64,000 nucleotides of DNA from Blastocladiella emersonii ATCC 22665 (lineage: Eukaryota > Fungi > Blastocladiomycota), in assembly GCA_025594325.1 (NCBI GenBank), contig JANHCV010000001.1, forward strand, positions 4,960,001-5,024,000, read 5' to 3'. The notes under the pieces are model-generated. The model had not been told where the DNA came from and made no database searches. It saw only the letters and a list, made by a program, of their open reading frames with translations. The stretch's first letter is position 1. Each line of letters starts with the position of its first letter. Made by a program: the position numbers and the translations under genes. Positions 46,201 to 58,346 of this stretch are shown here, in pieces.

Positions 46201-49200
46201 GATCCGCATGGTCTTTGAGGTCATGGATCTCGCCGTTGCCTCGGTACGCTTGATGTCTCGCGATAGTCAAGATCATTATCGCTCACTCGCGCCGCCCTGC
46301 AATGCGTAGCCGGCCACGGTCAGTCGATGCGGAATGGTGTACATGGACCCGACCAACCTCGGGTGGCGGCCGTCCGTCAATCGCTGGATGGTCACGGTCG
46401 CGTCGGCCACGCTCAACGAGGACCAGCTTGCGTTCCTCAACCAGCTGTTCGAGCACGCCGTCGACGAGGGCCTCTACTTCGTGCGCAAGCAGCGCGAGCT
46501 GATCCCGACCGTCAACCTGAACCTCGTCGCGTCGCTGTGCCGCCTGCTGTCCACGTTCCTGGTCGAGGTCGACTGGAAGGCCATGGCGCCCAACGCGAGC
46601 GACTGGAAGACGCTGATCGGCTACCTCTTCATCTTCTGCTTCACGTGGTCGATTGCCGGCAACATCCACGAGTCGTGCCAGGACGGGTTCGACACGTTCG
46701 CGCGCGAGCTGTTCGAGCAGGGTCCCACGGTCGACTGCCCGATCCCCGGCGGCATGACCATCTTCTCGTTCTTCGTGCACCTCAAGCAGCGCGTGCTCGT
46801 GCCGTGGGAGGACATTGTCGCGCAGTTCCAGTACTCGCAGACGGTGCCCTACTTCGAGATCATGGTCCCGACCGTCGACACGCTGCGGTTCCAGTTCCTG
46901 ACCGAGCGGCTGCTCGACCACTCGTTCCCGACGCTGCTCACGGGAAACACGGGCGTTGGCAAGTCGGTCATCATCCAGGAGCTCATCTCGCGCACGGCCA
47001 AGCCCAAGAACTACATCCCGATCAACCTCAACTTCTCGGCCCAGACCACCAGCACCATGACGCAGCAGTACCTGGAGCTCAAGCTCGAGAAGAAGAAGAA
47101 GAACATCATGGGCGCGCCGACCGGCTCGCGCATCGTCGTGTTCGTCGACGATCTCAACATGCCCAAGCAGGAGACGTACGGCGCGCAGCCGCCCATCGAG
47201 CTGCTCCGCCAGTTCCTCGACTCGGGCGGGTTCTACGACCGCGAGAAACTGCAGTGGCGCGTCATCGAGGACGTGAGCATGCTGTCGGCGTGCGCGCCGC
47301 CGGGTGGTGGCCGTAACCCAGTCACGCCGCGCCTGATCCGCCACTTCAACGTGCTCAACATCCCAATGCCGTCGGACGCGAGCCTCGCGCGCATCTTCAA
47401 GAGCATTCTCGACGGGTTCCTCAAGCCGTTCAGCAGCGATGTGCGCACGCTCAGCGAGGCCATCGTCATGAGCAGCATCGAGTTGTACAACCGCATGTGC
47501 GCCGAGCTGCTCCCGACGCCGGCCAAGTCGCACTACACGTTCAACCTGCGCGATCTGTCCAAGGTCATCCAGGGCATTACGCAGATCAAGCCCGTCAACA
47601 TCAGCACGCGCGCGCACACCGTGGCCGTGTTCGCGCACGAGGCCGCGCGCGTGTTCCACGACCGCCTGATCAACAACGAGGACCGCGCCTACTTTGGCAA
47701 GCTCATGGAGGAGCTCGTGTCCAAGAACTTTTCGGAGCAGCTCTCGACGGACCCGATCGTGTTCGGCGACTTTGCCAAGCGCGGCGTGCCGCGTGAGGAG
47801 CGCGTGTACGCGCAGTTTGCCGACCTCGGCGCCATGGGCACGCTGCTCGAGGACTACCTCGAGGAGTACAACGTGACGCTGTCGCGCGACATGCGGCTCA
47901 TCTTCTTCCTCGACGCCAAGCAGCACATTGCGCGGCTCTCGCGCATCATCCGCCAGCCGCGCGGCAACGCGCTCATCGTCGGCGTCGGTGGCACGGGCAA
48001 GAAATCGCTGACGCGGCTCGCGTGCCACATGTCCGAGTACCAGTGCCTCGAGATCGAGCTCACGCGCACCTACGGCACGGTCGAGTGGCGCGAGGACATC
48101 AAGAAGCTGTACCGTCTTGCCGGTATCGAGGGCAAGAACACCGTGTTCCTGCTCACGGACACGCAGATCAAGACCGAGACGTTCCTCGAGGACATCAACG
48201 GCATCCTCAACACGGGCGACGTGCCGAACCTGTTCGAGATGGACGAGCGCGAGCAGATCATCGGCAACCTGCGCCAGGTCGCGCGCGAGAAGGGCTACGG
48301 CGAGGACCGCGACTCGGTGTACCAGTTCTTCATCAACCGCGTCCGCGACAACCTGCATATCGTGTTCGCGACGAGTCCCGTCGGCGAGACGTTCCGCAAC
48401 CGGTGCCGCATGTTCCCGTCGCTCGTCAACTGCTGCACCATCGACTGGTTCGACGAGTGGCCGCGCGACGCGCTGCTGTCCGTGTCGAAGCGGTTCCTCG
48501 AGTTTGTCGACCTCGGCACGCCCGAGATCAAGGAGAAGATGGCGTCGCTGTGCGTCGACGTGCACACGTCCGTCTCGGCCATGGCCTCGCGCTTCTACGC
48601 CGAGCTGCGCCGCCGCTTCTACACGACGCCGACCAGTTACCTCGAGCTCATCAGCCTGTACATCGGCATGCTCCAGGAGAAGCGCAAGGAGATTGGCGCC
48701 GCGCGCGACCGCCTCCAGAACGGCCTGCTCAAGCTGTCCGAGACCAACGACCTCGTGGCCAACATGCAGGTCACGCTGCAGCAGCTCGGCCCCGAGCTCA
48801 AGACCAAGGCCGCCGACGTCGAGACGCTCATGATCAAGATCGCCAAGGACCAGGAGACGGCCGACGGCGTCAAGCGCGTCGTGGCCGAGGAGGAGAAGGT
48901 GGTCAAGGAGCAGGCGTCGCAGACCGAGGCCATCGCGCGCGAGGCGCAAAAGGATCTCGACGAGGCGCTGCCCGCGCTTGAGGCCGCGTACAAGGCGCTC
49001 GACTCGCTCGACAAAAAGGACGTGGCCGAGATGAAGGCGTTCGCCAAGCCGCCCGAGCTCGTCGTCATGGTCCTCGAGGCCGTGTGCACGCTGTTCAAGG
49101 TCAAGGCCGACTGGGACAGCAGCAAGAAGCTGCTCGGCGACCCGCAGTTCCTGCGCAAGATCCAGGAGTACGACAAGGACTCGGTCAACGACGCCCTCGC

Positions 49201-52200
49201 CAAGAAGCTGCGCAAGTACATTGAGAACCCCAACTTCACGCCCGAGGCCGTCGAGAAGGTGTCCAAGGCCGCCCGCTCGATGTGCATGTGGGTCCTCGCC
49301 ATGGACATCTACACGCGCGTGAACAAGGAGGTCGAGCCCAAGCGCCGCCGCCTGCTCGAGGCGCAGTCGAGTCTCGAGACGACCAAGGCCAAGCTCGACG
49401 AGAAGACGCGCCAGCTGCAGGAGGTCGAGGACCAGCTGCAGAAGCTCAAGGAAAAGTACGAGGAGTCGATCGCGAGCAAGAAGGTCCTGTCCGAGCGCAT
49501 GGAGCAGACGACCAAGCGGCTCGAGCGCGCGAGCAAGCTGACGACGGCCCTCGCCGACGAGCAGATCCGGTGGACCGAGTCCGTGGCCAAGCTCAACAAG
49601 CAGATGGAGGAGCTCGTCGGCAACGTGTTCGTGGCCGCGGCCTGCGTCGCGTACTTTGGCGCCTTCACGTCGGGCTACCGCCGCGAGATGATCAACATGT
49701 GGACGGCCAAGTGCGTCGAGCTCGGCGTCCCCGTGTCCGAGAACCTGACGCTGGCCGATCAGCTCGGCGACCCCGTCCAGGTCCGCGAGTGGAACGTGCA
49801 GGGCCTGCCCGCCGACGAGCTGTCGACCGAGAACGGCATTCTTGTGACGCGCAGCCGCCGCTGGCCGCTCATGATCGACCCGCAGGGCCAGGCGAACCGC
49901 TGGATCCGCAACATGGAGTCGGGCTCGGACCTCAAGATCGTCAAGCTGTCCGACCCCAAGTTCCTGCGCGCGCTCGAGAACGCGGTGCGCATGGGCCAGC
50001 CGGTGCTCATCGAGGACGTCGGCGAGCAGCTCGACCCGGCGCTCGAGCCGCTGCTGCTCAAGCAGACGATCCGGCAGGGTGGGCGACTGCTCATGAAGCT
50101 CGGCGACTCGCTGGTCGAGTACGACAAGAACTTCAAGCTGTACATCACGACCAAGCTGTCGAACCCGCACTACCTGCCCGAGGTGTGCATCAAGGTGACC
50201 ATCATCAACTTCACCGTGACCAAGACGGGTCTCGAGGGCCAGCTGCTCGCGGACGTGGTCAAGCTCGAGCGGCCCGAACTCGAGGAGCAGCGCAACTCGC
50301 TCATCCTGTCCATCTCCAACGACAAGCGCCAGCTCAAGGAGATTGAGGAGAAGATCCTGCGTCTGCTGTACAACTCGCAGGGCAACATTCTCGACGACGA
50401 GGAGCTGATCTTGACGCTCAACCAGTCCAAGGTCACGTCGGCGGCCATCACGGACCGCCTCGTGCAGGCCGAGCAGACCGAGAAGGCCATCAACACGGCG
50501 CGTGAAAAGTACCGGCCCGTGGCGCTGCGCGGGTCGATCCTATACTTTGTCGTGGCCGACCTCGCCGAGATCGACGGCATGTACCAGTTCTCGCTCAAGT
50601 ACTTCAAGAACCTGTTCACGCAGTGCATCGTCGACAGCCCCAAGGGCCAGGAGCTGTCCGAGCACGTCGCGTACCTGTGCGACGACATCATGATGTCCGT
50701 CTTCCGCAACGTGTCGCGCGGCCTCTTCGAGCAGCACAAGGTCATCTTCTCGCTCATGATGTGCGTCAGCGTGATGCGCGACCGCGGCGACATCTCGGAC
50801 GACGAGTGGAACTACATGCTGCGCGGCGCGACCACGGTCGGCGGCGAGCTCCCGCCCAAGCCGGCGACGCGCTGGCTGACCGACGCCATGTGGCGCAACG
50901 TGTGCTCGCTCGGCTCGACCATCTCCGTGTTCGCCGAGCTCGCCGACCACATTGCGAGCCACACGCTCGACTGGGAGGGGTACATCGAGGCCGACGACCC
51001 CTTCTCGTACCCGCTGCCGGGCATCCCGCAGGACAAGCTGTCCGACTTCCAGCGGCTGCTCGTGGTCAAGGTGTTGCGCGAGGAGATGGTGGTCGGCGCG
51101 CTCATCGCGTTCATCCGCCAGAGCATCGGGTCGCCCTACATTGACATCCCGCCGCTCGACCTGCGCCAGGTGTACAACGACATGAACTCGACTACGCCGC
51201 TCGTGTTCGTGCTGTCGTCGGGCTCCGACCCGGTCTCGGGTCTGCTCAAGCTCGCGAGCATGCTCGGGTTCGGCGAGCGGCTCCACATGATCTCGCTCGG
51301 TCAGGGCCAGGGCCCGATTGCCGAGGCGCTGCTGCAGAAGGCCATGGAGTCGGGCGACTGGCTGTTCCTGCAGAACTGCCATCTCGCGGCGTCGTGGATG
51401 CCCAAGCTCGAGAACAAGGTCAAGGAGATTGTGACGGGCGAGGTCAAGGCGCACTCGTCGTTCCGACTGTTCCTGTCGTCGATGCCGTCCAAGGTGTTCC
51501 CGATCTCGGTGCTGCAGGAGTCGGTCAAGGTGACCAACGAGCCGCCCAAGGGCCTGCGCGCCAACATCGCGCGGTCGTTTGCCGACATCCCCGTGCCGCT
51601 GTTCGACCAGACGCCACCGCAGGGCTCGCGGTTCCGCAAGCTGGCCTTCACGCTGTGCTTCTTCAACGCGATCATCCAGGAGCGCAAGAAGTTTGGCCCG
51701 CTCGGGTGGAACATCAGCTACGACTGGAGCAACTCGGACCTCGAGGTGTCGCTCGTTGTGCTGCGCAACTTCCTGTCCAAGACCAACAACATCCCGTGGG
51801 ACGCGCTGCGGTACCTGACGGGCGAGATCACGTTCGGCGGGCGCGTCACCGACGACTGGGACCGCCGCACGATGCGCACGCTGCTCAACAAGTACTACAA
51901 TGTCGAGATCCTCGACGACAACTACCCGCTGTCCCCGTCGGGCAAGTACGTGGTGCCCGCCGACGGCAACCTCGCGTCCTTCCGCGCGCACATCGACAAG
52001 CTGCCGTTCACCGAGGAGCCGTCCGTGTTCGGGATGCACGAGAACGCCAACGTCAGCTACCAGCTGCAGGAGACGAAGCGGCTGCTGCGCACGGTGCTCG
52101 AGGTGCAGCCGCGGCTCGTGTCGGCCGGCGGCGGCAAGTCGCCCGAGGACGTGGTCACCGAGGTCGCGCAGTCGATCCTGGCGCGACTCCCGCCACCGCT

Positions 52201-53148
52201 CGTCGTCGAAATGAACCCGCGCGCGACGTCGGCGGGCAAGCCCAAGTCGCTCGCCGAGCTCATGTTCCGCAAGGACGAGGGCGGGCGCATGGAGAACTCG
52301 CTGAGCACGGTGCTGTGCCAGGAGTGTGCGCGGTTCAACAAGCTGCTGGCGGTGATCAAGCTGTCGCTCGAGAACCTGGTCAAGGCGATCCGCGGTCTGG
52401 TCGTCATGAGCGCGCAGCTCGAGCTCGTGTTCCAGAGCCTGACCAACAACCTGGTCCCCGCGGCGTGGGCCAACGTCGCGTACCCGTCGCTCAAGCCGCT
52501 CGCGTCGTGGGTCGACGACCTCGTCGCGCGCATCAACATGCTGCACGCGTGGGTCGAGCGCGGCCAGCCGCGCACCTTCTGGCTGCCCGGCTTCTTCTTC
52601 CCGCAGGGCTTCCTCACGGGCGTGTTCCAGAACCACGCGCGCAAGTACAACATCCCGATCGACTCGCTGCGGTTCCGGTTCGCGGTGCAGACCGACGACG
52701 CCATCGAGGACTACCCCGAGGGCAGACAGCTCGTGGCCGCGGCCGACGGGACCGTGTCGCTGCCGACCGACCCTGAGGACGGCGTGCTGATCCGCGGCAT
52801 GTTCATTGAGGGCGCGCGGTGGGATCGCGACAAGGAGCGACTCCAGGACTCGTTCCCCATGGAGATGTTCTCGGTACGCTTTGAAACTCGCACGCTCAAG
52901 CTCGATCACATACTGACTGCTTTTGCTCTTAGACCATGCCCCAGGTTCGATTCATCCCCGCGGTCCAGTACACGCCGACCAAGGACCTCTACGTGTGTCC
53001 GCTGTACAAGACGTCGGCGCGCGCAGGCACGCTGTCGACGACGGGCCAGTCGACCAACTTTGTGTGCCCGGTACACATCCCGAGCGACAAGCCGGCCGAC
53101 TACTGGGTCACCAAGGGTGTCGCGCTTCTCATGCAGCTCAACGAGTAG
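40284..53148 (+). CDS. Axonemal dynein heavy chain, inner-arm single-headed type (DNAH6-like)
   Basis: [15 protein letters not shown]; AAA P-loops [31 protein letters not shown]; CFDEFNRI; [11 protein letters not shown]; [13 protein letters not shown]; FLQNCHL; C-terminal [16 protein letters not shown]. Introns near 41199-41270, 46244-46309 and 52875-52932. Confidence 0.97.
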
Positions 53149-53933
53149 CGAGCGACGACTCGTGTCTCCACTTTCCCCCATGTACAATTTGCACTACTTG
53201 CGCCGTTCCCGTTTTGTGTCTCCCTCTCCCACTTGCAAAAAAATAAACTGATTAGTTGCGTTCCCGAGACACTTTCAGCCGTGAACGATCAGTGCCACAA
53301 GTGCGATCTCCAGGGGAAGGCGGGAGACTGTGGAATCGATTGTCAGCGCAACGAAAGCAACCGATAGACGCGTGATCAACTCGAACATGCACCTCCGACC
53401 GGGAAGCGGGAGGCAGGTGGCGCGCGTCTCGCAAACGCGTCTCGCACCTCCCGCGTGACTTTCACGTGACCGCGTGGGGGCTTTCGCGACGCGTCGCGTC
53501 CGTGTCTCGCACCCCGCCCGCTTGCTCGAGCGCGCGCCGTAATTTTTGAGTTTTGACACCTTTGCGATGACCGTGTCACCCACCCCGGACAAGCGCGTGC
53601 AGCCGCCGCTGGTGGTGGTGATGTTCGCGCGGTGCGGAGCGCCGCGAGACTCGGCCCGCACCCACACGATTTGCGCCGGCTGGCTTCATGCACTGGCCCA
53701 ACTTGCGCTCTCTCTAGAGGATCTCTTCTATAGACTTCGACTCCCGCACGAACCCCACTCGGATCGGGGGAGACACACCATGCAGCAGCAGTGAGCATCT
53801 GGACTCTGGAATTGCTATCCCCCTCCCTATTCACTCGGTGCATCCGGATCAGCGACCATCTGTTCCGCAGCGGTTCACTAGCGCGCCGTATCCGCCACCG
53901 CGACAACCCATCCCCGCCGCCGTCGCCACCACC

Positions 53934-56732
53934 ATGTCGGCCTCGTCCTCGTCGTCGCCGACCAAGGAGCGCCGGCTCTCGCAGGAGGCGCGGGTCGGCG
54001 ACTTCAAGCTCGGCAAGACGATCGGGCAGGGCGCCTTCTCCAAGGTCAAGCTCGGGTTCCACAAGGACACGGGCCAGAAGGTACGGCTCGCCCGCGCGCG
54101 ATCCACCTGTACTAGTGGCGCCGCTTGCTAACGCGACGCGAGATGGCTGTGTAGGTGGCCATCAAGATCGTCGACAAGGTGCTCATGGCCGAGAAGATCC
54201 AGAAGTCGGCCAAGCGCAAGGAGAAGATGAAGTCTGAAAAAAAGGACAAGGACAAGCAGGCCGCGGCCGCGGCCGCCGCGGACGCAGCACCGGGTAGCCC
54301 GCCCGCGCCCGCGCCGCTGCACCGCGACGACAGCATCCCCGTCATCTCGCCCATCTCGTCGCCGCTGCCCGACAAGAACACGGCCACGTCGCTCATGGAC
54401 ACGCTGTACGCCGAGGTCAAGCTGCTGATGCGGCTCGCGCACCCGAACATCATCGGGCTGTACCAGGTGATTGACTCGGAGGAGGAGTGCTTCATCATCA
54501 TGTACGTCTTTTCGCGCACGGTTCCCGATGTTGTGACGACACTGACGCGTACCCGACGTGTAGGGAGTACGCGCCGGGCGGCGAGCTCATCGACTACATC
54601 GCGGCCAAGGACTACCTGAGCGAGAAGGAGGCGCGGCGCTTCTTCCGCCAGATCATCTCGGCCATCGACCACTGCCACCAGGCGAACGTGGTGCACCGCG
54701 ATCTCAAGCTCGAGAACCTGCTGCTGAGCGGGGGCCGCGACATCCTCATCACCGATTTCGGCCTGGGTCGCACGTTCCGGTCGGACTTCGAGGACCTCAT
54801 GATGACCTTCTGCGGCACGCCCAACTACGCGGCCGTCGAGCTCATCTCGTTCAAGCCGTACATTGGCGTGCACACGGATATTTGGGCGCTCGGCGTCATC
54901 CTCTTCATCATGTGCAGCGGCAAGCCGCCGTTCCACGGCCACTCGATCCCGTCGCTGTACAACAAGATCATGAACCTGCAGTACACCTGCCCCGACCATT
55001 TCTCGCCCGGTACGTGTGATCGCACTACGGCCTGATCCGCACGCTGACCTCCCCTCTTCCTCTAGAACTGCGCCACCTGCTCTCGCGGATCCTGGTCAAG
55101 GAGCCGTCGCAGCGCATCTCGATGGCGGACATGTTCGCGGACCCGTGGGTCAACTACGAGGAGATCGAGCGCCCGCTGCGCGTGTCGCCCCTGTACGACA
55201 CGCTGCGCGAGACGGGCATGGACCAGATCATGAGCATCAACAAGGACGCGGCGTGCACGACCTTCTCGTTTGCGCGGTACCAGGCCGACATCCTGTCGTA
55301 CGTGGTCCCGCCGAACCGCCGCGGGTCGGCGTACGAGGAAGACCTCCCCGCGACGCAGGGCGGCACCACGCTCACGCGCCGCATGTCGTTCACGGTCGGC
55401 CGCCGGCTCTCGATCGCGCGGCCCACGACGCCCGGGATCGCCGACCCCAAGTCGCCCGGCACTGCGGCCGCCTCGGCTACGACCCGCCGCATGTCTCTTG
55501 CCGCTACGGCCACGTCGCCGCGGCCCATCACGCCGCTCGGCGCCATCACCGAGTCGGCGGCGCCGGGTGGCGCGCGGCACGTCGCCGGGACCGTCGGCCG
55601 GCAGACGACGGCATCGCCGACGCAGGCCGCGGCCGGCGGCTCGGGCGCCGGGTCCCCCGCCATGGCGACGTCGCGGTCCATGGACTTTCGCCGTGGCCGG
55701 CGCTCGTCGTTCCAGGGCTACGCCAACACGAGCAACACGGGCGCCGGCGGCGCTAGTCCGACGTTCCAGCGGTCGGCCACGCCGACGCCCGTCGCGACGG
55801 GTTCGGTGAGCGGGAACGCGTCGCCGGCCCTGTCGCCGCGCCCACTCGACCCGTTCAACGAGGCGACGCGGGTGCTGCCGCACGTGCCGGGTGTCGCGAC
55901 GGGTTCGGCCGAGCTGATGCCGGGGATGCCGGTGCCCGTGGGCACGGGCGGGCGGAGCATCAACGGGTCGACGACGGGTTTCTCGGCGCCAACGAGCCCG
56001 CGGCGCCTGTCGCTGGTGCCCAAGGGCGACAGCATCCTGTACAACATCTCGTCGACCGCCGCGGCGTCCGACGCCGCCGCATCGCCGGGCGTGGGCGGGA
56101 GCGGCGCCGTGAACATGGACCTCGAGGGCACCCCGCTGCACGAGCCGAGCGACGCGGCGATCGCCGAGTTCCACATGCTGCACCGCCCGCCGCGCACGAT
56201 CCGGTCGATCCGGTTCTCGCTGACGTCGACCAACACGTCGTCGATGCCGCCGAGCGCCGTGTTCCAGGAGCTGCACCGCGGCCTGCTGCTGCTGCAGGCG
56301 CAGTTCCCGGGTCTGTCGTTCTCGCGCGACCCCGAGTTCTACCTGTTCCACTGCCGCGTGCCGGCGCAGAGCGCGGCGGCCACGACGAGCAGTTTCGTCG
56401 GGCCCGCAGCGCCTACGAGCCCGGGGGCCGCGGCCGCGGTCGTCAACACGCTGAGCGGCAGCGTGATGCCCGAGGGCCCGGCCAACGCGTCGTCGTCCAC
56501 GGGCCACGGCGCGAGTACCGGGCACCACGGCGACGGGCTCAGCCCGCTGCCCTCAACAACCGCGAACTCGACCACGGCGACGACGGCGCGCGCGGCCGAC
56601 GTCGTGTTCGAGGCCGAGGTGTGCAAGGTGTGGCTGTTGCACCTGCACGGCGTGCGCGTCAAGCGCATCTCGGGCGACCCGCTCGTGTTCAAGGACCTGT
56701 ACAAGGATCTCGTGAGCAAACTCATCTTGTAG
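53934..56732 (+). CDS. CAMK-group Ser/Thr kinase, KIN1/PAR-1/MARK family with C-terminal KA1 domain
   Basis: IGQGAFSKV, VAIK, HRDLKLEN, DFG, FCGTPNYAAVE, DIWALGV, and KA1-like FEAEVCKVWLLHLHGVRVKRISGD. Three introns. Confidence 0.92.
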
Positions 56733-56799
56733 TCGCGTTGGTCGTTTGGTTTAGTTCGCATCGTTCGTATACATATAATATTATAAGTCGCGACGACTG

Positions 56800-58243
56800 C
56801 TATTGCGGAACGATGAGCCAGTAGTTGGTCTTGCCCGTGCGCAGGATGCACAGCTTGCCGCCGGCGAGCAGGTCGGCGTCGCGGCGCACCGTCTGCGTCA
56901 GCGCGTCGCCGACGCGGTCCTGGTTGAGGTACAGACCGCCGCGCTTGGCGAGCTTGATGGCCTCGGCTACACGGGAGGCATGTCAGTCCAGTCCCCAAGA
57001 CCACCGAAAGGTACGGCGTACACTTGGACGCACACGCGCCAGCGCGAGCAAACAGGTCGGCGACGGTCATGCCGTCGTCCCACTTGACGCGAACAAGGCG
57101 CGGGTCGCCCTCGAACGCTGCGACGAGCTCGTCGGGGTTGCTGCCCACAGCGTCGGCGAGGGCGTCGCGCGACTTGGCGAACAACAGCGCGGTCTGGATC
57201 TGTGCGCGGCGCAGGTGGTTGGGCGAGTGGACGAGCTCGGTCATCTCGTCGGCGAGAACGTGCTGCGCGCGGCGGTCCTCGGGCCGCTTGGCGTGGTCGG
57301 CCATGACGGCGTCGATCTCCTCCGTCGACAAAAGCGTGAAGAAGCGGAGGTACCGCGCGACGTCGGCGTCGGCGGTCCGCACAAAGAACTGGTAGTAGTC
57401 GAACACGGACGTGCGCGCGGGGTCCATCCAGACAGCGTTGCCCGCGGACTTGCCGAACTTTTCCCCCGTCGCGGTCGTCACGAGCGGGATCGTGAGCCCA
57501 AATGCCTCATCGGCGTCGGCCTGCGCTGCGCCGAGCTTGCGGCGGATCAGGTCGAGTCCCGCGACTATGTTCCCCCACTGATCGGACCCGCCGATCTGCA
57601 GCCGGCACCCGCGCGTCGCGTACAGGTGCGCGAAGTCGTTGGCCTGCAGCAGCTGGTACGTGAACTCGGTGAAGCTGATGCCGGCGTCCGACTCGAGCCG
57701 CGCACGCACGCTGTCGCGGTGCAGCATCGCCGACACGCGCGCGTGGCGGCCCACGTCCCCCAAAAAATCGATCAGCGAAACGCCCGCGGTCCAGTCGCGG
57801 TTGTTCACGACCTCGAGCCGGTCGCGCGCCCCCGCGACGTCGTACCCGCGGCGCGAAGCGTACGCGAGCGCCGTGTCGTAGAACGCCGTGACGGACCGCG
57901 TGATCCCGGCCTCGTTGCGCGCGAGTGCCGCGGCCGACTGCGCGGTCCGCTCCGTCGTGCGCCCGCTCGGGTCGCCGATCGCGCCCGTCGCCCCGCCCAC
58001 TAGCGTCACGACGCGGTGCCCGTGCAGCAGCAGGCGCAGGGACACGGACATGGGAAGGAGGTTCCCGATGTGCGTGCAGTCGGCGGTCGGGTCGACGCCG
58101 TAGTACGCCGTCAGCGGCCGGGTGGAGGCGGAAGAGAGCCGCGGCAAGAGGGCCGGGCTCGTCACGGCCTGCACGAGCCCGCGCGCCTGCAGGTCGGCGG
58201 CGAGCGAGGGGAGCGCCGAGCGGGCCTTTGCGGCGACTGACAT
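56800..58243 (-). CDS. MSY1: Tyrosyl-tRNA synthetase, bacterial/mitochondrial type
   Basis: YYGVDPTADCTHIGNLL (HIGH), FTEFTYQLLQANDF, QIGGSDQWGNI, EKFGKS (KMSKS-like), and an S4-like C-terminus after an intron near 56967-57028. Confidence 0.93.
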
Positions 58244-58346
58244 TTGGGTTACGTTGCAATGAAAGTGGTTGTTGAGGAGCGAGAGAGAGCGGTGCGTTGC
58301 GCTGCTGTTGAACCAGTTCCCTTGGTTGAATGTGCGATATATATTT

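Noticed and set aside
42776-52909. Very long minus-strand ORFs (1166, 1295 and 789 aa) antisense to the dynein gene
   Set aside because: These are shadow frames produced by extreme GC3 bias of the sense gene (few TTA/CTA/TCA codons). The translations are Arg/Leu/Val/Gly-rich with no motifs. The same applies to ORFs antisense to P450, RRP6, NCBP1, the oxidase and the homeodomain gene.
54800-54845. APE motif reading AVE in the KIN1-like kinase
   Set aside because: A single conservative variant with all catalytic motifs (VAIK, HRD, DFG) intact; not enough to call it atypical.
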